Assembly: GCA_964536865.1 (NCBI GenBank)
Contig: CAZHYN010000004.1
Span: 1-32,000, forward strand
Reading direction: 5' to 3'
DNA length: 32,000 nucleotides
Source of the DNA: an uncultured Planctomycetia bacterium
Lineage (GTDB): Bacteria > Omnitrophota > Gorgyraeia > Duberdicusellales > 4484-171
Shown here: positions 14,666 through 24,934 of the stretch, piece by piece
How positions within the stretch are numbered: the stretch's first letter is position 1
Layout of the letters: every line of letters begins with the position of its first letter
Made by a program: the position numbers and the translations under genes
The notes under the pieces: generated by a model
Told to the model about the DNA's origin: nothing
What the model saw: only the letters and a program-made list of their open reading frames with translations
Database searches by the model: none

Positions 14666-15541
14666 ATGAAGATATATTTGAATGGGAAGTTAGTTCCTAA
14701 GAAGGAAGCTAAGGTAAGTGTTCTTGACCATGGATTTCTCTACGGCGATGGAGTATTTGAGGGGGTCCGTGCTTATAATTGTGTGGTTTTTAAGCTAAGA
14801 GAACATATCCGTAGATTATTTGAATCTGCTCACTCCATAATGTTGGAGATTCCTCTCAGTGAGAAGGAGATGGTTTCTGCAGTAGTAAAGACCCTTAAGG
14901 TAAATAAATTAAAAGATGCCTACATAAGGATAATTGTTTCGCGAGGAGAGGGTGATTTAGGGCTTGATCCTACAAAGTGTCGAGGCAACGAAACAGTGGT
15001 GATTATTGCTGATAAGATTTCCCTCTATCCTAGAGAGATTTATGAGAAGGGGATGGCTATAATTACTGTACCTACTATAAGAAACTTACCTGAAGCCCTA
15101 AATCCTCAGATTAAATCTCTAAATTACTTGAATAATATCCTCGCAAAGATTGAAGCTATAAATGCGGGCTATCAGGAAGCTTTGATGCTCGACCATTTAG
15201 GTTACGTAGCTGAGTGTACTGGGGATAATATTTTCGTAGTAAAAAAGGAACAGTTATATACTCCTCCTCAATGTATGGGTACATTGAGAGGAATAACTCG
15301 AGATACCGTATTAGAAATTGCTAGAAAACTTAAAATACCTACTCATGAACATGTACTTACTCGACATGAGCTTTACATAAGTGAGGAATGTTTTTTAACA
15401 GGGACAGCAGCAGAGGTTGTTCCTGTGGTGGAAGTGGATGGACGAAAAATCGGTAATGGTAAGCCCGGAAAACTTACTAAATTTATAATGAAGGAATTTA
15501 AGAAACTTATTCGGAAAGAGGGAGTGAAGTACGCATTGTAG
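14666..15541 (+). CDS. ilvE: branched-chain amino acid aminotransferase (fold type IV)
   Basis: 291 aa. The pattern GFLYGDGVFEGVRAY...REHIRRL matches short IlvE-type class IV aminotransferases. Confidence 0.8.
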   Translation: MKIYLNGKLVPKKEAKVSVLDHGFLYGDGVFEGVRAYNCVVFKLREHIRRLFESAHSIMLEIPLSEKEMVSAVVKTLKVNKLKDAYIRIIVSRGEGDLGLDPTKCRGNETVVIIADKISLYPREIYEKGMAIITVPTIRNLPEALNPQIKSLNYLNNILAKIEAINAGYQEALMLDHLGYVAECTGDNIFVVKKEQLYTPPQCMGTLRGITRDTVLEIARKLKIPTHEHVLTRHELYISEECFLTGTAAEVVPVVEVDGRKIGNGKPGKLTKFIMKEFKKLIRKEGVKYAL

Positions 15542-15543
15542 TT

Positions 15544-16041
15544 ATGTTGTGTGATATCTGTCACAAAAATATTGCTACCGTTCACCTTACAGAGATTACG
15601 GGAAATCGAATTGTGGAACTCCACCTGTGTCAGGAGTGTGCTAATTTGAAAACTGAAGAATTGAAGGCTCAGCTTGATCTCTCTGAGCTTTTAGGAGGAT
15701 TGGTAGAGAAAAAAGAAATAAAAGAGAAGCCAAGTATATCTTGTCCTAAGTGTGCTCTCACTTTAGATGAATTCAAAAAGAAGGGGAGGCTGGGTTGCAG
15801 TAAGTGTTACGAAACATTTCGAGAGAGCCTCTTTCCTTTGTTGAGAAAAATTCATGGTTCTACTCACCATGTAGGTAAATTTCCTAAAGAGGTGGAGTCA
15901 GATATTTTAGTTGAGAGAAAAATAAGAGAGTTAAAACATAGGCTCACCCGAGCAATAAAGTTAGAAGAGTATGAGGAGGCAGCCAAGATAAGAGATAGAA
16001 TAAAGGAGTTAGAAAGAAGGAGAAATAGAAAAAAAGTTTGA
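15544..16041 (+). CDS. mcsA: McsA-like protein arginine kinase activator (zinc fingers + UVR motif)
   Basis: 165 aa. Paired CxxC motifs (CDIC...CQEC; CPKC...CSKC) and a C-terminal UVR motif (EEYEEAAKIRDRIKELE). Immediately upstream of mcsB. Confidence 0.8.
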   Translation: MLCDICHKNIATVHLTEITGNRIVELHLCQECANLKTEELKAQLDLSELLGGLVEKKEIKEKPSISCPKCALTLDEFKKKGRLGCSKCYETFRESLFPLLRKIHGSTHHVGKFPKEVESDILVERKIRELKHRLTRAIKLEEYEEAAKIRDRIKELERRRNRKKV

Positions 16042-16045
16042 AAGT

Positions 16046-17089
16046 ATGTTTGAGGAATTTCTCTCTAACGAGAGATGGTGGCTAAATCCTAAGGGTCCTG
16101 AAGCAGAGGTAGTGATTTCTTCTCGCTTAAGGTTAGCAAGGAATATTAAAGATCTCCCCTTTCCTTCTAAAGCTACCCACTCTCAGAAAAAGGAGGTTTT
16201 AGAGAGAGTAGAGAGTTTTTGGTCTAAAGTAGATATTCTTAAACCTGGTTTTCTTGTAAGGATGGATGAGGTAAATTTTCTCGATAGGCAATTCCTTTTA
16301 GAAAGACACCTTATTAGTCAAGAACATATTAATAGACCTCAGGGGAAGGGATTAATAGTGAGTTTTGATGAGAGAATCTCTATAATGATAAATGAGGAAG
16401 ACCATTTAAGGATCCAGGTTCTTACTTCGGGATTTAACTTAGAGGAGACTTGGGAGATTATCAATAAGGTGGATGATGCTATTAGTAGATTTCTTCCTTA
16501 TGCTTTTCTCCCTGAGATAGGATATCTTACTGCTTGTCCTACTAATGTAGGAACAGCTTTACGTGCTTCCTGTATGCTTCATCTTCCAGGATTAGCCCTT
16601 ACTAAAAGGATAAGTAAGATTTTGGAACTTTTAGCTAAACTCTCCTTTACTACTCGAGGACTCTTTGGAGAAGGGACACAAGCTTTAGGTAATTTCTTCC
16701 AGATCTCTAATCAGGTAAGTCTGGGTATCTCCGAGGAAGAAATTATAGATAATCTCTCGGGAGTAATTAAACAGATTAAGGATCAGGAGGAATCAGCGAG
16801 AGATTTTCTTCTAAGGAGGCATAAACCGAGCTTGGAAGACAGTATTTGGCGAGCTCTGGGAATCTTAAGGAACGCCCGTCTTATTACTACCAAAGAAGCT
16901 TTATCCCATCTTTCTCTATTGTGTTTAGGGTTGGATTTAGGTATAATTAAAGGGATAAAGAGAGATGTAATAAATAACCTTTTCATTATTATTCAACCTG
17001 CTCATCTTCAAAAAATGGAAGGGAGGACTTTAGAAGATCAAGAGCGGGATTATAAACGTGCTGCTCTATTAAGGAGTAAACTCAAGTAG
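16046..17089 (+). CDS. mcsB: protein arginine kinase McsB
   Basis: 347 aa. Guanido phosphotransferase core with EEDHLRIQ and CPTNVGTALRAS motifs. Confidence 0.85.
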   Translation: MFEEFLSNERWWLNPKGPEAEVVISSRLRLARNIKDLPFPSKATHSQKKEVLERVESFWSKVDILKPGFLVRMDEVNFLDRQFLLERHLISQEHINRPQGKGLIVSFDERISIMINEEDHLRIQVLTSGFNLEETWEIINKVDDAISRFLPYAFLPEIGYLTACPTNVGTALRASCMLHLPGLALTKRISKILELLAKLSFTTRGLFGEGTQALGNFFQISNQVSLGISEEEIIDNLSGVIKQIKDQEESARDFLLRRHKPSLEDSIWRALGILRNARLITTKEALSHLSLLCLGLDLGIIKGIKRDVINNLFIIIQPAHLQKMEGRTLEDQERDYKRAALLRSKLK

Positions 17090-17099
17090 GAGGCTTTCT

Positions 17100-19523
17100 A
17101 TGTTTAATCGTTTTACCGAGAGAGCAAGAAAAGTTTTAGTGTTGGCTAAGGAGGAGGCAAGAAGATTCAATCACGACTATATCGGTACCGAGCATATCCT
17201 TTTAGGATTGATAAGAGAAGGAGAAGGTGTAGCTTGTGCCGTATTACAAAATTTAGGAATGGATCTGGATAGATTAAGAAGAGAGGTAGAGAAGTTAGTA
17301 GCTCCAGGAAGTGCCCAAGCAGTGATAGGAGATATTCCTTTTACTCCTAGAGCAAAGAAAGCTTTGGAGATTGCTGCAGAAGAGGCACGTAATTTAGGTC
17401 ATAACTATATCGGTACCGAGCATATCCTTTTAGGATTGATAAGAGAAGGAGAAGGTTTAGCTAGTCAGATTCTTTACAGTTTGGGGATAGATTTAGAGAG
17501 AGTAAGAAGTGAGATCTCTTCGCTCTTAGGAGGGATGCATACTCCAGGAACTACCGCCGCTGCCTCCAAAACTCCCGCTTTAGATTCCTTCGGCAGAGAC
17601 CTAACTAAATTAGCTAAGGAAGGAAAGCTTGATCCTGTAATCGGTAGGAAGACAGAGATAGAAAGAGTAATTCAAGTGCTTTCTCGTCGTACCAAAAATA
17701 ATCCTGTACTTTTGGGAGAGGCAGGAGTTGGTAAGACTGCGATTGTAGAAGGATTAGCTCAGAGTATTTTTAGTGGTAATGTTCCTGAAGTTTTGAGGAG
17801 GAAAAGAATAGTAGGTTTAGATTTAGCTTTGATGATTGCAGGTACAAAATATAGAGGTCAGTTTGAAGAAAGGATTAAAGCAGTGATGGAAGAGATAAAG
17901 CGATCCAAAGATGTGATAATTTTTATTGATGAACTTCACACTCTGGTAGGAGCGGGAGCAGCAGAAGGAGCAATAGATGCTTCCAATATCTTAAAACCAG
18001 CGCTATCTAGGGGAGAGATTCAATGTATTGGGGCTACTACTTTGGATGAGTATAGAAAACATATTGAGAAGGATGCTGCTTTAGAGAGAAGATTCCAGCC
18101 CATAATTGTTGAACCTAATACTGTGGAGGAGACTATAGAGATATTAAAGGGTTTGAGAGATAAGTATGAGGCCCATCATAGAGTAAAATTTACTGATTCA
18201 GCATTAGAGGCAGCAGCTAAGCTTTCCGATCGTTATATATCGGGAAGATTTCTTCCTGATAAGGCAATCGATTTAATTGATGAGGCTGGAGCACGTGCAC
18301 GATTAGCAGTGCTCACTGTACCTAAGGAGATCCATGAATTGGAGAATAAGTTGAAAGAGATAGTTAAAGAGAAGGAAGCGCTGATAAAACAGCAAGATTT
18401 TGAAACGGCAGCGAGATTAAGAGATGAGGAAAAAAGTATTCGTCTAAAGTTGGAAAATGCTCGCAGGGAGTGGAGCAAGAAACGAGATCAAATTGTTCCC
18501 ACTGTTAATGAAGAAGATATTGCTAGGTTGGTTTCTCAGATTACCGGCATACCTATTTACCGCTTAGAAGAGAAGGAGTCAGAGAAATTATTAAAGATGG
18601 AAGAAGAGCTCAAGAAGAGAGTAGTTGGTCAGGAGGAAGCCATTGCTTCTATCGCTAGAGCAGTTAGGCGAGCAAGAGCAGGGATTAAAGAGCCTAAACG
18701 TCCTATAGGGTCATTCATGTTCCTTGGTCCTACAGGAGTAGGTAAGACACTTTTAGCTAAGGCATTGGCAGAGTTTATGTTTGGTGATGAGGAAGCCCTT
18801 ATTCAGTTAGATATGAGTGAGTATATGGAAAAGTTTAATGTATCTCGCCTCATAGGAGCTCCTCCTGGATATGTAGGTTATGAGGAGGGAGGTCAGCTAA
18901 CCGAAAGAGTAAGAAGGAGACCGTACGCAGTAGTTCTCTTAGACGAAATTGAGAAATCTCATCCCGATGTATTTAACATCCTCTTGCAGATTTTAGAGGA
19001 AGGGAGACTTACGGATAGCTTTGGAAGGAAAGTCGACTTTAAAAATACTATTTTAATTATGACTTCTAACGTAGGAGCAGAAATTATAAGAAAGAGAGGA
19101 TCTCTGGGGTTTAAGGCTATTAAAGAAGAGATTAGTTATGAGGAAATGAGTCGCCTCCTTCTTGAGGAAGTTAAAAAAACTTTTAAACCAGAATTTTTAA
19201 ATAGATTGGACGAAGTTATTGTGTTTAAGCCTTTGAATAAAGAGGCGTTAGCGAAGATTGTGGAGATTGAGATTTCTTATACCAATGCTCGTTTAGGAGA
19301 ACAGGGAATCTCTATAGAACTTACCCCTGAGGCAGAGGAATTTTTCATTGAGAAAGGATTTGATCCTGTCTTTGGTGCTCGTCCTCTAAAGAGAGTAATA
19401 CAGCGGTTTTTAGAAGATCCCTTAGCTGAGGAGATAATCAGGGGGAAGTTTGTTCGTAAAGAGAAAGAGGGAGTAATTAAGATAGTGGTGAAACGGAAAG
19501 GAGATGAATTAATCTTTGAATGA
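17100..19523 (+). CDS. clpC: ATP-dependent Clp protease ATP-binding subunit ClpC
   Basis: 807 aa. Two Clp_N repeats, Walker A GEAGVGKT and GPTGVGKT, an internal UVR motif (QDFETAARLRDEE), ClpB_D2-small C-terminus. Confidence 0.95.
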   Translation: MFNRFTERARKVLVLAKEEARRFNHDYIGTEHILLGLIREGEGVACAVLQNLGMDLDRLRREVEKLVAPGSAQAVIGDIPFTPRAKKALEIAAEEARNLGHNYIGTEHILLGLIREGEGLASQILYSLGIDLERVRSEISSLLGGMHTPGTTAAASKTPALDSFGRDLTKLAKEGKLDPVIGRKTEIERVIQVLSRRTKNNPVLLGEAGVGKTAIVEGLAQSIFSGNVPEVLRRKRIVGLDLALMIAGTKYRGQFEERIKAVMEEIKRSKDVIIFIDELHTLVGAGAAEGAIDASNILKPALSRGEIQCIGATTLDEYRKHIEKDAALERRFQPIIVEPNTVEETIEILKGLRDKYEAHHRVKFTDSALEAAAKLSDRYISGRFLPDKAIDLIDEAGARARLAVLTVPKEIHELENKLKEIVKEKEALIKQQDFETAARLRDEEKSIRLKLENARREWSKKRDQIVPTVNEEDIARLVSQITGIPIYRLEEKESEKLLKMEEELKKRVVGQEEAIASIARAVRRARAGIKEPKRPIGSFMFLGPTGVGKTLLAKALAEFMFGDEEALIQLDMSEYMEKFNVSRLIGAPPGYVGYEEGGQLTERVRRRPYAVVLLDEIEKSHPDVFNILLQILEEGRLTDSFGRKVDFKNTILIMTSNVGAEIIRKRGSLGFKAIKEEISYEEMSRLLLEEVKKTFKPEFLNRLDEVIVFKPLNKEALAKIVEIEISYTNARLGEQGISIELTPEAEEFFIEKGFDPVFGARPLKRVIQRFLEDPLAEEIIRGKFVRKEKEGVIKIVVKRKGDELIFE

Positions 19524-19650
19524 TATTTATTTCGTCTTTAATTGCATCTTTTATTTCCCCTCTCCTCATTATAGGGTTCTCTTTTTCTCTTGTTAAATTT
19601 TGGTTTACTTTTTTAAAAATGTATTTTTTATAAAGTATGAGTGAGTCTTT

Positions 19651-20415
19651 ATGAATTTGGTTAAAAAAGTAGAAGTTCTTTTTAGTTATCTAGGAAGTTT
19701 AGGTATCTTTATAAAGAATGTTTTTTACTTTCTATTTACTCGTAAAAGAGATTTTAAAACTGTAAGTAAGGAGATTGTTTTTATAGGTATTGACAGTCTT
19801 TTCTTGGTATCATTAATTTCCTTCTTCGTGGGGGTAATTGTTGCCTTCCAGACAGCTTATCAACTTAAGAAGTTTTCTTCAGAGATTTATATCGCTTCTT
19901 TGGTAGCGCTCTCTTTAACTAGGGAATTAGGACCGGTATTAAGTTCTTTAATAGTTGCTTCACGAAGTGGTGCTTCTATTACTGCAGGAATAGGTTCCAT
20001 GAAGATAAGCGAACAAGTGGATGCTTTAGAAGCATTTGCAGTTAATCCCATAGATTATCTTGTCGTTCCTAAATTTATAGGTCTTGTTTTTTCTTTACCT
20101 ATTCTAGTAACTTATGCTAACTGCTTGGGTATCTTTGGGGGGTATGCTGTGGGAGCATTAAAGTTTTCTATCCCTTTTCATTTTTACTTTAAAATGACCT
20201 TCGATGCTCTCCAGTACAAAGATATCGTTAGTGGTCTTATAAAAAGTGTTTGTTTTGCAGCAATAATTGCTTTTGTGGCTTGCTTTGAGGGTTTAAAGCC
20301 TTACAGTTCTAGTGATGTAGCTAAGGTAGTTACCCATTCAGTAGTGAGATCTTTTATACTTATTATTGTCTGCGATTGTATCCTTACTGCTTTATTTTAC
20401 TTTATTCTAGTATGA
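19651..20415 (+). CDS. mlaE: phospholipid/lipid ABC transporter permease MlaE
   Basis: 254 aa multi-TM protein with the MlaE signature SEQVDALEAFAVNP. Confidence 0.85.
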   Translation: MNLVKKVEVLFSYLGSLGIFIKNVFYFLFTRKRDFKTVSKEIVFIGIDSLFLVSLISFFVGVIVAFQTAYQLKKFSSEIYIASLVALSLTRELGPVLSSLIVASRSGASITAGIGSMKISEQVDALEAFAVNPIDYLVVPKFIGLVFSLPILVTYANCLGIFGGYAVGALKFSIPFHFYFKMTFDALQYKDIVSGLIKSVCFAAIIAFVACFEGLKPYSSSDVAKVVTHSVVRSFILIIVCDCILTALFYFILV

Positions 20416-21170
20416 ACATTATTAAAATAGAAAATCTTACTAAATTTTTTGACAGTAAAAAAGTATTGGATAAGATAAATTTAGAAATTAGTGAGGGGGA
20501 GTCGTTTTTAATTTTAGGGAGAAGTGGTGCAGGTAAAACAGTTCTTTTAAAACATATTATTGGCTTACTTAAGCCAGATTCAGGGAGAGTATTCATTGAG
20601 GGAGTAGATATTACCTCGCTTTCTAAAGAAAAGTTAGATAGAATAAGGTTGAAGTTCGGTGTAGTTTTTCAAAACAGTGCCCTCTTTGATTCCCTAACAG
20701 TAGAGGAAAATGTAGGATTTGCTCTTTACCATCACTCGGATTTAACTAGAGAACAGATCACTAAGGAAGTTTCTCATTATTTAGAAGTAGTGGGTCTAAA
20801 AGGTACTGAAAAGTTGTATCCCCATCAGCTAAGTGGAGGAATGAAAAAAAGGGTAGCTATTGCTAGAGCAGTAATCTACCATCCTAAGATAATTATCTAT
20901 GATGAACCTACTACAGGGATTGACCCTATCTCGGTAGATAAAATAATCTCCCTTATTAATGAGCTTAAAAGTAAACTTTCCGTTACCACCTTAGTAGTCA
21001 CCCATGATTTGAATGTTGGTCTTAAGATAGCAGATAGGTGTGCGTTTCTCCTTAGAGGGAGAATAATCTTTGAGGGTAAGAAAGAAGATTTAGAGCATAT
21101 TAAGGATGAGAGAATTATCCAATTCATAAGAGGAAGTTCATCTGGACCAATAAAGGAGATGGAGGTATAG
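20412..21170 (+). CDS. mlaF: ABC transporter ATP-binding protein MlaF
   Basis: Start moved to the ATG at 20412 (MNIIKIENL), which gives an ATGA overlap with the mlaE stop. Walker A GRSGAGKT, signature LSGGMKKRVAIARA. Confidence 0.85.
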   Translation: MNIIKIENLTKFFDSKKVLDKINLEISEGESFLILGRSGAGKTVLLKHIIGLLKPDSGRVFIEGVDITSLSKEKLDRIRLKFGVVFQNSALFDSLTVEENVGFALYHHSDLTREQITKEVSHYLEVVGLKGTEKLYPHQLSGGMKKRVAIARAVIYHPKIIIYDEPTTGIDPISVDKIISLINELKSKLSVTTLVVTHDLNVGLKIADRCAFLLRGRIIFEGKKEDLEHIKDERIIQFIRGSSSGPIKEMEV

Positions 21171-21172
21171 AG

Positions 21173-21901
21173 ATGAGGAGGAAAAAGATTTTAGATCTGC
21201 GAAGATATTTGGTGGAGATAAAGATAGGAGTATTTTTATTAGGAGCAATGATTATCATATTTCTTACTACCTTATCTCTTAGAGAGGTATCTTTCTTAAG
21301 AGGAAGTTACATAGTAAAAGTCAAATTTGACTTTGCTGAGGGGCTTAGACCGTCTTCGCCGGTAAGATTATGTGGTGTAGATGTTGGTGAAATTAAGAGA
21401 GTTGAAGTAAAAGAAGAAGGAAATAATACTGTAGTTTACGTTTATGCTAAGATAGAGCGAGGGATAAAAATTCCTAAGGATTCTTATTTTTTTATTAACA
21501 ATTTAAGCCTTTTTGGAGAAAAGTACTTGGAAATTATTCCTGCTCAGCCACATAAAAAAAAGTTCTTGAAGGAAAATCAATTAGTTATAGGAACCTCCTC
21601 TACTCCACTTTTTAATATTATGGATTCTTTCTACAAAACTATGAAGAAATTAGATGAATTTATTAGAGAAGAAGAGCTAAGGAGTTCTTTAAAGAGTATT
21701 GTGATAAATTTAAAAGGAGCAAGTCAAGATTTAAAAGAAATTTTAAGAGGAATTAAGGATAAAGAGGGAAGTTTAGGTAAGTTTATCTATGATGATTCTT
21801 TATACCTAAAGACAGAAGAATTAATTGAGGATTTAAAGGCTCATCCTTGGAAACTTCTTCATAAACCAAAAGAGAGAAAGCCAAAGAAGAGAAGAAAGTA
21901 A
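21173..21901 (+). CDS. mlaD: MCE-domain substrate-binding protein MlaD
   Basis: 242 aa. N-terminal TM helix, MCE core (GLRPSSPVRLCGVDVGEIKRVEV), helical C-terminus with a polybasic tail. Confidence 0.8.
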   Translation: MRRKKILDLRRYLVEIKIGVFLLGAMIIIFLTTLSLREVSFLRGSYIVKVKFDFAEGLRPSSPVRLCGVDVGEIKRVEVKEEGNNTVVYVYAKIERGIKIPKDSYFFINNLSLFGEKYLEIIPAQPHKKKFLKENQLVIGTSSTPLFNIMDSFYKTMKKLDEFIREEELRSSLKSIVINLKGASQDLKEILRGIKDKEGSLGKFIYDDSLYLKTEELIEDLKAHPWKLLHKPKERKPKKRRK

Positions 21902-21907
21902 GAAAGG

Positions 21908-23239
21908 ATGTTTGTTTGCAATAGCTGTGGTTATAAATCAGTAAAGTGGCTAGGTCGGTGTCCTATGTGTGGAAGCTGGGAGTCTTTTAGTGAAGAGAAA
22001 GAAGCAGTTTCTCCAGAATTAGAGAAATCTCCCTCTTTGCCTGTTTCTTTAGGGCAAGGTGAGGTTTTAAAGAGAGAAAGAATTTCCACTGGTATTAAGG
22101 AATTAGATAAGATCTTAGGAGGGGGGCTTATAAAAGGAGAAGTTGTGTTAGTGGGAGGATCTCCCGGGATAGGCAAATCTACCCTTCTTTTAGAGGTAAG
22201 TTCTCAGCTTGCTCATATAGGGAGAGTTCTTTACGTTAGTGCTGAGGAGTCTATTGAGCAGATAAATTTGCGGGCGGATAGATTAAAAATTTCTAATGAC
22301 AAACTCTACATCTTAAATGAAGATAATTTAGAAGAGATTTATACACATCTAAAGCAAGGGGGTTTCCAATTTTTAGTTATAGACTCTATCCAAGTAGTTT
22401 ACCATCCTAAAATATCTTCTCCTAAGGGTAGTGTTTCCCAGGTGAAAGGATGTGCCGATTTTCTTGTTCAGATAGCAAAGAGTAAGGGGATTCCTGTATT
22501 TATTATTGGTCATGTTACTAAGGAAGGATCAATAGCCGGACCTAAGCTATTGGAACATTTAGTGGATTGTGTATTGTACTTTGAAAGTGAAACTATTTCT
22601 ACTTACCGTATTTTGAGAGCAATAAAGAATCGTTTTGGACCCGCAGGGGAGTTAGCATTCTTTGAGATGAGCTCTTCGGGGTTAAAAGAATTAGCTAACT
22701 TGACGGATATTTTTCTTCCTGAAAGGGATAGGTCTATTGCTGGTAGTTGTATTGTATGTGTTATTGAGGGAATAAGACCTATTACTCTAGAAATACAGGC
22801 GCTAGTAAGTAGAGCTAGTTTTGGAATGGTAAGAAGAAGATCCTTAGGATTTGATTTCAATCGTTTCTCTCTTTTGGTGGCTATTATAGAGAAGAGGGTT
22901 AGGATTTCTCTTTCTAGCGAGGATGTATTTTTAAATGTAGGAGGAGGGATAAAGATTAATGATCCCGCCGCTGATTTAGGAGCTTGCATAGCAATTATTT
23001 CTAGTTATAAAGATAAAATAGTCCCTTTTTCCTATGTTTTTGTAGGAGAGGTAGGATTAGCAGGAGAGGTGAGGGGAGTGACTAATATAAATTTAAGACT
23101 TAAGGAGCTAGAGAGGAGTAAGATCTTTAAGAAAGTCTTTATTCCTCGAATCAATGTAAAGGAAGTGGAAAAGGAAGTTCACCAAAGTATTAAGATAGAA
23201 GGAGTGAGTTCTCTAAAAGAAGCTTTAGATAAGTTATAA
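21908..23239 (+). CDS. radA: DNA repair protein RadA/Sms
   Basis: 443 aa. N-terminal CxxC...CxxC zinc finger, Walker A GGSPGIGKST, KNRFG motif, Lon-protease-like C-terminal domain. Confidence 0.9.
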   Translation: MFVCNSCGYKSVKWLGRCPMCGSWESFSEEKEAVSPELEKSPSLPVSLGQGEVLKRERISTGIKELDKILGGGLIKGEVVLVGGSPGIGKSTLLLEVSSQLAHIGRVLYVSAEESIEQINLRADRLKISNDKLYILNEDNLEEIYTHLKQGGFQFLVIDSIQVVYHPKISSPKGSVSQVKGCADFLVQIAKSKGIPVFIIGHVTKEGSIAGPKLLEHLVDCVLYFESETISTYRILRAIKNRFGPAGELAFFEMSSSGLKELANLTDIFLPERDRSIAGSCIVCVIEGIRPITLEIQALVSRASFGMVRRRSLGFDFNRFSLLVAIIEKRVRISLSSEDVFLNVGGGIKINDPAADLGACIAIISSYKDKIVPFSYVFVGEVGLAGEVRGVTNINLRLKELERSKIFKKVFIPRINVKEVEKEVHQSIKIEGVSSLKEALDKL

Positions 23240-23267
23240 GAGTTTTTATAAAGTTAAAGGAGGTTTT

Positions 23268-24245
23268 ATGTTCAGTCTTACCATAATTAGAATTCTTTTT
23301 GTGGTTCTTCTTACTGGTGTTGGTTATCTGTTAGGGGAGAAGAATCCTTGGATGTTTGCTTTGGGAGGGTTCTTAATTGGTTCTGCTCTGGTTGTTTTTG
23401 AGATAATGGCTAGACGGGTTTCTTTAAAGGGACTTTCTGCTGCTGTATTTGGAATAGTTTTAGGGTTAATCGTAGCTAAACTTTTTGGAGGACTGCTTAG
23501 CCTTTTTAATATTCCCCAGGAGATAGATTATAACCTACGAGTTCTTTTTACTCTTATCTTTATTTATATAGGACTTACTTTAGGACTTAAGGGGAAAGAA
23601 GAGTTCCACCTGATTATTCCCTACGTAAGATTCCGTCGTCAAGAGTTAAAAGAGGAAGCTATTGTAGTAGATACCAGTAGTATAATTGACGGAAGGATAC
23701 TAGATATAGTAAGGACAGGATTTTTAGAGGCGAGGTTTATCCTTCCTCGTTTCGTTCTTAATGAATTACATGCATTAGCAGATTCTACTGAACATCTAAA
23801 AAGACAGAAAGGAAAAAGAGGTATAGAAATCTTGCATGCTTTAAAGAAAGAGCCTAACATAGAGGTAGTAATAAATGAGCAAGAGTTTGAAGGCTTTAGT
23901 GATGTAGATACCAAAATCGTTAATTTAGCTAAGATGTTAGATGCCAAGGTTCTCACTACCGATTATAATCTCAACCGTATAGCTCAATTGGAGGGAGTAA
24001 AGGTTTTAAACGTTAATGACTTAGCCAATGCTCTAAAGCCTATTTTTATTCCTGGAGAAAAACTATCTATAAAAGTTATAAAGGAAGGGAAAGAGCCTAA
24101 CCAAGGAGTAGGTTATCTAGAAGATGGGACAATGGTAGTAGTAGAGAATGCTCGTTGGCTTATAGGGAAGATAGTTGACGTTGAAGTTACCAGTGTTCTT
24201 CAGTCTCCTAGTGGACGAATCATTTTCACTAAATTGGCAGGATGA
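23268..24245 (+). CDS. yacL: membrane-anchored PIN/TRAM domain protein (YacL-like)
   Basis: 325 aa. Four N-terminal TM helices, a PIN domain (IVVDTSSIIDGRI...TTDYNL), and a C-terminal TRAM domain (VVVENARWLIGKIVDVEVTSVLQ). Confidence 0.75.
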   Translation: MFSLTIIRILFVVLLTGVGYLLGEKNPWMFALGGFLIGSALVVFEIMARRVSLKGLSAAVFGIVLGLIVAKLFGGLLSLFNIPQEIDYNLRVLFTLIFIYIGLTLGLKGKEEFHLIIPYVRFRRQELKEEAIVVDTSSIIDGRILDIVRTGFLEARFILPRFVLNELHALADSTEHLKRQKGKRGIEILHALKKEPNIEVVINEQEFEGFSDVDTKIVNLAKMLDAKVLTTDYNLNRIAQLEGVKVLNVNDLANALKPIFIPGEKLSIKVIKEGKEPNQGVGYLEDGTMVVVENARWLIGKIVDVEVTSVLQSPSGRIIFTKLAG

Positions 24246-24934
24246 AAGTTGCAGTCATTTTAGCTTCCGCTGGCAGAGGAAGGAGGTTAGGATTAAAAAT
24301 AGATAAACCATTTGTAAATTTAGGTGGTAAGCCTCTCCTCTTTTATAGTATAGAGACTTTTCTGAAGATAGATAGGTATATTGATCAAATTGTAGTAGTG
24401 TGTAGGAGGAAATATTTTTCCTTGATTAAGAAGGAATTCTCTTCTCCTAAGATAATTCTTACCAAAGGAGGGAGAAGACGACAAGATTCTGTTTACCTTG
24501 GTCTTAAGGCTGTGAAGGAGGGTATAGAGTATGTAATCATTCACGATGGGGCTAGGCCCTTTATAAAAGAAGAAAAAGTGAAAGAGATAGTTAACTACTT
24601 GAGAAAGGGATATCCAGGGGTAACTCTAGGTTTACCTGAGAATGATTGCTTGAAGGTGGTAGAGAGAGGGATGATAAAAAAGACTATAGAGAGAAGAGAA
24701 ATTTATAGAATTCAGACTCCTCAGGGGTTTAAGAAGGAGGTATTGTTTGATGTTTATCAAAGGTTTAGAAGAAGAAAGGTTTATGATGATACTCAATTTT
24801 TGGAGCTTTTAGGTAAGAAAGTTAAGATAGTGGAAGGAGATTATTTAAATATTAAGATAACCTATCCTCAGGATTTAATCTTAGGAGAACTAATCTTAAA
24901 GATGAGAGATGAAAAAAGGTCTTTTAAGAATTAG
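24242..24934 (+). CDS. ispD: 2-C-methyl-D-erythritol 4-phosphate cytidylyltransferase
   Basis: 230 aa. ASAGRGRRLG (A-x-G-x-G-x-R) N-terminal motif and IHDGARPF motif. Confidence 0.85.
   Translation: MKVAVILASAGRGRRLGLKIDKPFVNLGGKPLLFYSIETFLKIDRYIDQIVVVCRRKYFSLIKKEFSSPKIILTKGGRRRQDSVYLGLKAVKEGIEYVIIHDGARPFIKEEKVKEIVNYLRKGYPGVTLGLPENDCLKVVERGMIKKTIERREIYRIQTPQGFKKEVLFDVYQRFRRRKVYDDTQFLELLGKKVKIVEGDYLNIKITYPQDLILGELILKMRDEKRSFKN

Noticed and set aside
20376-20411. N-terminal extensions in the ORF track for mlaF (20376), cysS (25409) and the XRE gene (TTG at 3184).
   Set aside because: Internal ATGs give canonical family N-termini and ATGA-type overlaps with the upstream stop. The XRE TTG would sit inside the -35 box of the divergent promoter.
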